The translations under genes and the position numbers were made by a program. Under the pieces are notes generated by a model that saw only the letters and a list, made by a program, of their open reading frames with translations, was not told the origin of the DNA and did no database searches. Positions 56,646-64,000 of a stretch of DNA of 64,000 nt are shown one piece after another (the stretch's first letter is position 1; each line of letters begins with the position of its first letter). The stretch comes from an uncultured delta proteobacterium (GTDB lineage: Bacteria; Desulfobacterota; Desulfuromonadia; Desulfuromonadales; BM103), in NCBI GenBank assembly GCA_963715335.1, contig CAVQRZ010000021.1, forward strand, positions 18,641-82,640. The letters are read 5' to 3'.

Positions 56646-57488
56646 ATGCCACTGCAGACAACCCCTTTTGACTGTTCGGACACGCACCCCGCATGCCGCA
56701 TTCTGCGCAGCGACTCGCGCAATCTCGGTGTCACCGACCCTGGCAACCTGCCTTTCATGCTCCGTCCGCAGAAGGCAACGACTGCAGCCCTTCTGGTACA
56801 TGGATTTACCGGCACACCCTGGGAAATGCGCCCTCTCGCCGATTTTCTTGCTGAAGCCGGGATTGCCAGCCTGGCGGTCCGCCTGCCAGGACACGGCACC
56901 TCCCCGGAAGATCTTGCAGGCCGCCGCTGGCAAGAATGGTTGCGCTGCGTTGAAGATGGTTACCAGATTCTCAACGAGGAATTCGCGTCTGTTTATGGCA
57001 TGGGGATGAGTACTGGTTGCCTGCTGTTGCTGACGATGGCGGCGACAAAACGCTTCAAGGGGCTGGTGCTTTTCTCACCCTATCTGCGCATCTTCCACAA
57101 ACTCGCGCCTTATGCCGGATGGATTAAGTGGCTTCGGTCTTACTATCTCAAACCTAGCAGGGAGGAGCACCAGGTCCGTTATTACAACCGCAAACCGGTT
57201 GCCGGTATTCACCAGATCAATCTGTTGGTTAAATCGTTGAAACCACAATTGAGCGAAATCGACTGCCCGGTGATGGCCTTCAACGCAGAAAACGATCGAA
57301 CAGTCGATGCAAAGAGTGGTTTTGAGTTAATCAAGCTGATGAACAGCAGGGTCAAGATCCACGGATTCTACGGTCCTGATGTCCCGCATGTCCTGACCCT
57401 GGAAGGCAATCCGTACCGCGGATCAATCTTTGCCCAGGCTGTTCACTTTGTCCAGGACACCGACAAGCCGGGACGGCGGGTCAGGTAA
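56646..57488 (+). CDS. Alpha/beta-hydrolase (carboxylesterase-like)
   Basis: LVHGFTGTP.EM, LPGHGTSPEDL, GMSTG nucleophile elbow, D..V and H. Confidence 0.85.
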   Translation: MPLQTTPFDCSDTHPACRILRSDSRNLGVTDPGNLPFMLRPQKATTAALLVHGFTGTPWEMRPLADFLAEAGIASLAVRLPGHGTSPEDLAGRRWQEWLRCVEDGYQILNEEFASVYGMGMSTGCLLLLTMAATKRFKGLVLFSPYLRIFHKLAPYAGWIKWLRSYYLKPSREEHQVRYYNRKPVAGIHQINLLVKSLKPQLSEIDCPVMAFNAENDRTVDAKSGFELIKLMNSRVKIHGFYGPDVPHVLTLEGNPYRGSIFAQAVHFVQDTDKPGRRVR

Positions 57489-58063
57489 GCGTAAAGCGCT
57501 GCGACCAGGGCCCGGGTATTCTGCAGAGGCCCAGAGTTGTCGATGACGTAATCCGCTTTTTGAACCTTGTCCGCCTGGGGCCACTGGGCCGCTATCCGTT
57601 GCCTTGCCTCGGGTTCGCTCAGCGCGTCCCGCTCGAGCAGCCGCTGCAACTGAACCTCCGGGTCAACCAAAACCACCAGAACCTGATCAACACGACGTTC
57701 GCCGCCGGCTTCAAAGAGCAGTGGCGCTTCATAAACAATCAAGTCATGTGGAGCCCTGCTCAGGTCTGCCAGGCGACATTCGGCCAGGTGGGCAATTTCC
57801 GGGTGAGTGACTGACTCAAGCTTTTTCCGCGCCACGGGATCGGCAAAAACCTTTTTCGCCATTATCTCACGGTCGAGGCTTCCGCCGGCCGTCAGGATCT
57901 CCATACCAAAAAGATCCACCAGCTTTGCCAGAGTCGGGCTCCCCGGATTAACCACTTCCCTGGCCAGTTGGTCCGCACTGACCAGGACCGCCCCACATTC
58001 GACCAAGTAGCCCGCGACGGTACTTTTCCCGGAGGCAATACCTCCCGTAAGACCCAGAATCAT
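57443..58063 (-). CDS. coaE: Dephospho-CoA kinase
   Basis: LGLTGGIASGKSTV, PLLFEAG, RIAAQ and ADYVIDNSG. Confidence 0.95.
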   Translation of the reverse strand: MILGLTGGIASGKSTVAGYLVECGAVLVSADQLAREVVNPGSPTLAKLVDLFGMEILTAGGSLDREIMAKKVFADPVARKKLESVTHPEIAHLAECRLADLSRAPHDLIVYEAPLLFEAGGERRVDQVLVVLVDPEVQLQRLLERDALSEPEARQRIAAQWPQADKVQKADYVIDNSGPLQNTRALVAALYAYLTRRPGLSVSWTK

Positions 58064-58345
58064 GACCTGTGCATCTCCTGAAAATTCGGCAGGGAGCAGT
58101 CAAGCGACGCCTCTCGACCCTCGCCCGGGCCGGTGGCCCGCATAATGATAGCATGTGACAGCCTTTTGCCAAACAAATACACGTTTTCATCCAGAGTGAG
58201 GATTGCAGCCTGTTTGCCGATCGAACAGAAGGCATGCAGGAGGGACTCTGTCAGGGCTGGTCAAAATTTTTAAAATCATTTAGAATGCTCTGAGGTTTTG
58301 CTCATAACCTTGCAGCATCAATCAGGAGTCGACAGAAACCGGCCG

Positions 58346-59917
58346 ATGCAGAACTCCAACGAGCTTTATAAACTGATTACCGTCGCCCTGACCGGAGTCG
58401 TCAAACAGATCAAGGCGATCAGGTACTACCCACCAAAACACCCGGCCCTGCAGGCAACAGCGGGGGAATGTCTACGTGGGTTTCAACCGATCCTTGCGGG
58501 AGACAACCATCTCTCACTGTTGGTGCGCAAGGATGCCTTCCTGTTCGATGATAACCCGGTCGCCAAGGGCAACCAGGTCTTGTCTCAACTCTCCAGCTTC
58601 TGTTTCGCGCGCCGCATCCAGCACCTGACATTCCTGGCCGATTTGAACAGCAACGATCTTCACCATTTCGTGCACTACCTGCTGCTCGACCCGCAGGTCA
58701 TCCAGAAGCACGGGGGCATCCAGGTCATTCTCCAGAAGGCCCGCCTGACAACGATTTGGGCCAATGTTCACAACCTGGAGGAAATCCTGCAACGCAGGGA
58801 TGAAATCGAAGCGCTCCCGGAGGATCTGGATTTTGACCCGGGTGCGGTTCTCGAACAGGCCGGAGAAATCTACGACGTGCAGTCGCAGGCTGATGCCCTT
58901 GATTTGGAATCACTCCTGGCAAAACTGGAGCAGGAGCAAAACGATAGCAGGTTCCAGCACTCCCTGCAGAAGTTGATCCCGCTGCTGCGCATACAGCTCT
59001 TCGAGGAAAGTCGCCCTCTGATCCTGCGCGCTTACCTGCTGCTCTGCCGGACAGCAACGGGCAAACAATTTTCCGAAGACCGAAAACAGTATGCCAGGCT
59101 CGCTCTGGGCCAACTGGCAAGCGATGAAATAACCAATTACCTGGTGGCGTATACCCTTGACAAAGACACCGACAAGAAGACCAGGATCCTGTTGATTCAG
59201 ATCCTCGCCTACCTGGGCGACAAGGTGGCCAACCGGATCATGCAGATCCTGTGCAGTGAAGAATCTGCATCCCATCGCAAAACCCTGAGTGATATCCTGA
59301 CTCGTGGCGGCACTGCAGTCCTGCCGACCATTCACGACTACCTGAACGACGATCGATGGTACGTCGTGCGCAACGCGATCGCAATCATGGGGGATATCCG
59401 CAGCCAGGACTCCCTGGCCGAGCTCTCCCTATTGCTCCAGAACGAGGACATTCGCGTCCGCCGCGAAACGATTCGGGCCCTGACCAAAATCGGCGGCAAA
59501 CGTGCGATCAAGATCCTGCTGCAAACGGCCGCAGCAGAGGACCAGGAGATCCGCCGGCAGGCGATCCTCTCCCTGGGAGCTCTGCGTGCAACGGCGGCCG
59601 TTCCGATTCTGATCGCGCTATTAAAACAGCGAGGTTGGACCCAGCGGGAAATAGATCTCAAGAAAGACGCGATCCGCGCTCTTGGGGAGATACGCGCCCC
59701 CGAGGCCACCCCGGAGCTGGTAAGAATCCTGAAGAGAAAACGTTGGATGCACCGCCAGCTCAACGATGAGCTGCGGGCCGCTGCGGCAGCCGCGCTCGGC
59801 GACATCGCCAACGAAAGCACAATCAGTGCGCTCGACAAAACAACCAATGACCGCAATCCAAAAATCGCCAGGGCTGCAGCCCAGGCGCTCAAGCAGCTGG
59901 ACAAGGGAAACACATGA
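58346..59917 (+). CDS. HEAT-repeat protein
   Basis: N-terminal YYPPKHP motif and C-terminal PBS-lyase HEAT repeats (DDRWYVVRNAI, VRRETIRAL). Confidence 0.85.
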   Translation: MQNSNELYKLITVALTGVVKQIKAIRYYPPKHPALQATAGECLRGFQPILAGDNHLSLLVRKDAFLFDDNPVAKGNQVLSQLSSFCFARRIQHLTFLADLNSNDLHHFVHYLLLDPQVIQKHGGIQVILQKARLTTIWANVHNLEEILQRRDEIEALPEDLDFDPGAVLEQAGEIYDVQSQADALDLESLLAKLEQEQNDSRFQHSLQKLIPLLRIQLFEESRPLILRAYLLLCRTATGKQFSEDRKQYARLALGQLASDEITNYLVAYTLDKDTDKKTRILLIQILAYLGDKVANRIMQILCSEESASHRKTLSDILTRGGTAVLPTIHDYLNDDRWYVVRNAIAIMGDIRSQDSLAELSLLLQNEDIRVRRETIRALTKIGGKRAIKILLQTAAAEDQEIRRQAILSLGALRATAAVPILIALLKQRGWTQREIDLKKDAIRALGEIRAPEATPELVRILKRKRWMHRQLNDELRAAAAAALGDIANESTISALDKTTNDRNPKIARAAAQALKQLDKGNT

Positions 59918-61254
59918 ATGTTGATGAGATAAAGAAGTTTGTTCAGGTCCTGACGGCAGCCGTCAAGGGTTTGCGCCTCTATGCCGTTGATCATCCGGCC
60001 ACGACGAAACAGGTCGAAACCCTGCAGAACGGCCTGTTCGCAATGCTTCAGTACAAGAAGATGATCAAGATGGGACTGCTCGAGGGGACTCTCTTCGTCG
60101 AGGATCATCTTCTCATGCAGGAGTTCCAGGCAGCAACGGAACTGGCCAAAATGATGGAATCGTGCGAGCTGGTCGGTTTTGAATTCATGACCGGGCTCTC
60201 CGCCAACGAGATCCAGTCCCTTCTGCACCTGTTGCACTCGGGCAACAGCAAGGGCCAGGATTTTGCCGATGCCCTGGTTTCACAGGGGGTCAAGAAGATT
60301 CGTGCGGTGGCTGCGACAGATGATAACGACGATGACGATCAGCAACCGCGCAAGGTCTACCACAAGGCCCTCAAGGTTGTTGACCAGATCTTCCAGGATG
60401 TCCGCATGGGAGAGATCCCTTCGTCAGAAGATGCCATCAACGTCGTCAAGAACATGGCCCAGCTGACCATGACGGAGCCTCACGCCATGCTGGCCCTGTC
60501 GATGCTCAAGGATTATGACAACTACACCTTCACCCACTCTGTCAACGTCTCGGTTCTGGCCCTCGCCATTGGTCGTGCCTGTAAGCTGACAGAAGAACAG
60601 CTCAGGACTCTGGGGCTCGGTGGGTTGCTGCACGACCTGGGCAAGCTTCGCGTTAATGTCAACATCATCACCAAACCCGGCAGGCTGACCGACGCCGAAT
60701 TTGAAGAGATCAAGGAGCACCCGGGTTTCGGAGCCGAGATCATCAAGGAAATGGAAGGCGTGACCGACGAGGTCATGCAGATCGTCCATGGTCACCATCT
60801 CCGTTATGACCGTACCGGCTACCCGAGTGAGGCCGTCAAAGATACGGTTTCACCCCTGGTCGAGATGACGGCGATTGCCGATGCCTACGATGCCATGACC
60901 ACGCTGCGCTCCTACCAGAGGCCCTTCACGCCGAGAAACGCGATTGCACGGCTGAAAGACGTCGCCGGTTCTTCACTCCATCCGGATTTTGTCATGCACT
61001 TCATCGAATCGCTCGGGCCCTACCCGGTGGGCAGCCTGGTCCGCCTCGACAGCAACGAGATCGGCCTGGTCACCAAGGTTGAGCCGCAGGATACCAGTCT
61101 GGTCGATATCAAGATCATTTACAATCCGGCCGGCGTCATGCTTGATGAACCTTACATGATGCAATTGCGCCCCGATCAGCCGCGCAAGATCGTTGCCGAA
61201 GTCGACCCGCAAACCAAAGGCATCGATGTGACCAACTTTTTCGATCTCGGCTAG
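59914..61254 (+). CDS. HD-GYP domain protein (putative cyclic-dinucleotide phosphodiesterase)
   Basis: YTFTHSVNV, LLHDLGK, HHLRYDRTGYP and IADAYDAMTT.RSYQ; 4-bp overlap with the HEAT gene. Confidence 0.9.
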   Translation: MNVDEIKKFVQVLTAAVKGLRLYAVDHPATTKQVETLQNGLFAMLQYKKMIKMGLLEGTLFVEDHLLMQEFQAATELAKMMESCELVGFEFMTGLSANEIQSLLHLLHSGNSKGQDFADALVSQGVKKIRAVAATDDNDDDDQQPRKVYHKALKVVDQIFQDVRMGEIPSSEDAINVVKNMAQLTMTEPHAMLALSMLKDYDNYTFTHSVNVSVLALAIGRACKLTEEQLRTLGLGGLLHDLGKLRVNVNIITKPGRLTDAEFEEIKEHPGFGAEIIKEMEGVTDEVMQIVHGHHLRYDRTGYPSEAVKDTVSPLVEMTAIADAYDAMTTLRSYQRPFTPRNAIARLKDVAGSSLHPDFVMHFIESLGPYPVGSLVRLDSNEIGLVTKVEPQDTSLVDIKIIYNPAGVMLDEPYMMQLRPDQPRKIVAEVDPQTKGIDVTNFFDLG

Positions 61255-61289
61255 CAGGGACTGTACCCGGAGAGTGGCTTTAAAGATGA

Positions 61290-61317
61290 CAATGCCGGAA
61301 GGTTTCTTCCGGCATTG
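61290..61317 (+). terminator. Hairpin after the HD-GYP gene
   Basis: CAATGCCGGAAG-GTTT-CTTCCGGCATTG. Confidence 0.5.
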
Positions 61318-61354
61318 GGCTGCCGCAAAAGTTCATCCAGACTTCACGATAGAG

Positions 61355-61384
61355 AGGGCAACAGAGTTAACCTTCTGTTGCCCT
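61355..61384. repeat. REP-like palindrome AGGGCAACAGA...TCTGTTGCCCT, copy 2
   Basis: Same arms as 2883-2911. Confidence 0.85.
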
Positions 61385-61407
61385 AAGCCTTTTTTACTTA
61401 AGAGTAA

Positions 61408-61905
61408 AACCGGCGGGTCGCTCGCTTGACACCTTATTTTGTTTGTTTGCAACGAAAAGGGTTTTACGTTGATTTATCGAGCACCATGCAACGATTGGCC
61501 ACCGGGTCAAGAAAGCCATGCCGCGAGGCCCCCTGCAACGGGCCGGCTCCCGTACACATAAGCCATTAGAAACCACGGCAATCCTGCGGACGTCTATGCC
61601 CAGCGCAGCGCAGGCCCTTTTCTGCTGACTCTTTTGGGCCAGCAAAAGAGTCAGGCGCAGTCGGGGGGCGCCACCCCCGGGTTTTGCTTTTGCTTGGTTT
61701 TATGTATTTAAACATGATTCAAAAGATCGAGGACCAGAACCGGCGGGTCGCGTCCCGCCGGACGCCATACTTTTGTCCGGCAACAAAAGTATGCAAAAGT
61801 GCCTTCTCCTGGCGGAGGGCATAGACGTTCGCGCAGGATCTATGGCGTTCAGGAACAACGTAGGAGGCGAGCCGGCCCGTTACAGGGGGCCTCGCCATAC
61901 TGCCG
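61408..61905. repeat. Third locus of the hairpin-rich repeat family (truncated monomer plus an inverted pair with a different body)
   Basis: 61596-61683 matches 2759-2846 and 56408-56495; 61738-61822 matches 56089-56173; 61522-61600 is the inverted counterpart of 61817-61895. Confidence 0.85.
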
Positions 61906-62003
61906 TCAATATGGGGTGGCAGGATCACACTGATGAGACCGATTGCAACCGGCAGGGACTGAACTTAAAACCCTTCCTTTTTGAAGTCCAAAGGACAATG
62001 AAA

Positions 62004-62032
62004 AGGGCAACAGATGGTTAATCTGTTGCCCT
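62004..62032. repeat. REP-like palindrome AGGGCAACAGA...TCTGTTGCCCT, copy 3
   Basis: Same arms as 2883-2911. Confidence 0.85.
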
Positions 62033-62079
62033 AAGCTTCGTAGAAATCTTGCCGGCTTCCCGCCGCGCGCCCCGCACAG

Positions 62080-62655
62080 CTAATCCTGCAGTGGTAATTC
62101 GCTCAGAGCTTTGACCGCCGCAACCCGGACAGCGGCGCGGCTGTCTTTGGTCAACCGCATCAGGGGGCCAGCGCTTTCCGGAGAACCAATCGAACCGAGA
62201 GACCTGGCTGCACTGATAACCAGTTGCTCATCGTCATCTCCGAGCAGCGAGACCAGGTACGGCGCAAGCCTGACATCACTGAAATGACCGAGGGCCTCGG
62301 CGGTATGGACACGGACGGCCGGAGCAGGGTCCTTGAGGTGCTTGACCAGGCTGTTGAGTGCCTTCGGATGGGCTTTCACCCCGAGCACCTGGATCGCCGC
62401 ACCCCGGATATCGGGATCAGGATCCTTGAGCAGGTCGACAAGGTGCGGAAAGACGTCCGTCGACTTGACATATTCCATGGCGAAGATCGCCTTGACCCGC
62501 TGGCCGCGCTTGTCGGATGCAAGATCTCCGACGATTTGCGCCAGGTCCTGGAAAGATTCCAGGCGTTCCAGCGCAGTGGCCGCAGCAGTACGGACTTGCT
62601 CCTCGGAATCACTCAATAATTCTATGAGCAGATTGCGTCGTTGCTCGAGAGACAT
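62080..62655 (-). CDS. HEAT-repeat (PBS-lyase type) protein
   Basis: Repeated L.D.D..VR..AA..LG units; start taken at MSLEQRR. Confidence 0.85.
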   Translation of the reverse strand: MSLEQRRNLLIELLSDSEEQVRTAAATALERLESFQDLAQIVGDLASDKRGQRVKAIFAMEYVKSTDVFPHLVDLLKDPDPDIRGAAIQVLGVKAHPKALNSLVKHLKDPAPAVRVHTAEALGHFSDVRLAPYLVSLLGDDDEQLVISAARSLGSIGSPESAGPLMRLTKDSRAAVRVAAVKALSELPLQD

Positions 62656-62793
62656 GGCATTCCCCACCCGGTAAAAATCAGCAGCGTCAAACTTACCAGA
62701 AACGGCCTTGCTGCGCAAATGCGAAAAGCACGGGAATGAACACGGGCAAGGCCTGGCGACCCTGCCCGCAACAATCACATATTTATCCTGGAA

Positions 62794-63252
62794 TTAGAAC
62801 GGGATGTCGTCATCCGGGTTGAACGGCGGCTCCTGGGAACCCTGCGAATAATCTTCAGCCGGCGCGGCCGATCGACCGCCGCCACCGCCGCCACCGCCAC
62901 CGCCGCCGCCACCACCCTGCTCGCCGGCACGGCTGAGCATCTGCATCTCGTTGGCGACGATCTCGGTGATGTAGCGCTTGTTGCCGTCGCGATCATCGTA
63001 CGAGCGGTTCTGGATACGCCCCTCGATGTAGACCTGCTTCCCCTTGGTCAGGTATTTGCCGCAGATCTCCGCCAGCCCGGCCCATACCACGATGTTGTGC
63101 CACTCGGTGCGTTCCTGCTGCTCCCCCTGCTTGTTCTTGAAACGGTCGGTGGTCGCCAGGGAGAAAGTACAGACCGCGGTCCCCGAAGGGGTGTAGCGCA
63201 GTTCGGGGTCTTTGCCCAGGTTGCCGACCAGAATCGCCTTGTTGACTGACAT
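62794..63252 (-). CDS. ssb: Single-stranded DNA-binding protein
   Basis: [26 protein letters not shown], poly-Gly linker and DDDIPF tail. Confidence 0.97.
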   Translation of the reverse strand: MSVNKAILVGNLGKDPELRYTPSGTAVCTFSLATTDRFKNKQGEQQERTEWHNIVVWAGLAEICGKYLTKGKQVYIEGRIQNRSYDDRDGNKRYITEIVANEMQMLSRAGEQGGGGGGGGGGGGGGRSAAPAEDYSQGSQEPPFNPDDDIPF

Positions 63253-63352
63253 GAGAACACCTCCATTGCATTGGATTGAAGTGGCAGTCTATTACAATCC
63301 CCCGGGGCTGTAAAGGCCAAGATGCCGCCGGCAACAGATTGGCTGAGACGGC

Positions 63353-64000
63353 CTAATGGTAGTGGACTTTCTTGATCCCATCAAGCTGCAGAATCGCCTG
63401 GGTCAGCTCCCGTCCGACCCGTTTCCGTTGCTGGGTAATAACCATCTGAAAGAATATCTCATCATTGACAAGATCGACATTTGAACTGAGATCGGAAACT
63501 GTCAGCTTTTGCTCCTCGCAGATCTGCTGCAATTCGTCCTGGAGTTCCATGCGCCTTTCCGCGGTAACCACCAGCGTCAGGTACCGGTCCTTTTTCATCA
63601 GCGGATCGAGCTTTTTGAGGAAAACCAGGCTGGCCAAAACCAGTACGGTAGTAATCGCGCCGAGAGTGAAGTGTCCCATACCAAAGGCCATCCCCAGGCT
63701 GGCCACAACCCAGAGGCTTGCGGCAGTCGTCAGACCGCGCACGGACACCCCCTCCTTGAGGATCACGCCGGCGCCGAGGAAGCCGATCCCGGTAACGATC
63801 TGGGCGGCAACCCGCGACGGGTCGAACCGGACCGCGGATTCGGTATCCAGCATCCCGTACTTGAGGTAGAACGCCTCGGAGATGATCATCATGGCACAGG
63901 CCCCTACGGAGACCAGGATGTTGGTCCGCAGGCCGGCCGGGCGACCGTGCCTTTCCCGTTCAAGGCCAACCAGTCCGCCGGCGAAAGCGGCAAGGACCAG
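63353..64000 (-). CDS. MgtC/SapB-family membrane protein (start lies beyond the window)
   Basis: Frame open to the edge: LVLAAFAGGLVGLERERHGRPAGLRT...DPSRVAAQIVTGIGFLGAG...GLTTAASLW. Confidence 0.92.
   Translation of the reverse strand: MVLAAFAGGLVGLERERHGRPAGLRTNILVSVGACAMMIISEAFYLKYGMLDTESAVRFDPSRVAAQIVTGIGFLGAGVILKEGVSVRGLTTAASLWVVASLGMAFGMGHFTLGAITTVLVLASLVFLKKLDPLMKKDRYLTLVVTAERRMELQDELQQICEEQKLTVSDLSSNVDLVNDEIFFQMVITQQRKRVGRELTQAILQLDGIKKVHYH

Noticed and set aside
57443..57488. 46-bp convergent overlap of the esterase gene and coaE (and a 16-bp overlap at 54450-54465)
   Set aside because: Short 3' overlaps are common in compact genomes and both proteins look complete.
61870..61905. 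GAGCCG plus hairpin resembling group II intron domain V
   Set aside because: Lacks the CGGTTC complementary arm and the domain VI/AY 3' end; no reverse transcriptase in the window.
62876..62916. GGY trinucleotide tract in ssb
   Set aside because: Ordinary Gly-rich SSB linker.

Overview
GC-rich bacterial chromosomal segment. Gene content and order look like Desulfuromonadales (Desulfuromonas/Pelobacter/Geobacter-like); this assignment is an inference. Most of the window is housekeeping: pta; folD-metV-metF-gcvT-gcvH-gcvPA-gcvPB; rsgA; arsR-arsC-acr3; yggT-divIVA-DUF167; two DAHP synthases; a DnaJ-class chaperone; a Cache protein plus MCP; an mla operon; radical SAM-hemE-hemH; a two-component system; aroK; PilZ; priA-mltA-yqgE; fprA; trmB-truD; a Na+/solute symporter; IclR; coaE; HEAT-repeat and HD-GYP proteins; ssb; and a partial mgtC. 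Four items stand out. (1) A ~1.5-kb leader carries three tandem GEMM-I (c-di-GMP-I class, G20 type) riboswitches, each with its own terminator and with candidate promoters between them. It sits upstream of a secreted Fn3 + 7x90-aa Ig-repeat adhesin-like gene, which is broken by a 1-nt insertion, and a lipoprotein gene. (2) A mercury-methylation hgcA gene has four Cys-Cys motifs in its N-terminal extension and no adjacent hgcB; it appears coupled to a DAHP synthase gene and lies near the ars operon and C1 genes. (3) A modular, hairpin-rich non-coding repeat family occurs at three loci. (4) A candidate ~95-nt sRNA or attenuator lies upstream of rsgA. No rRNA, tRNA, CRISPR array, transposase or integrase was recognised. 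All calls come from reading the sequence; no database searches were run.
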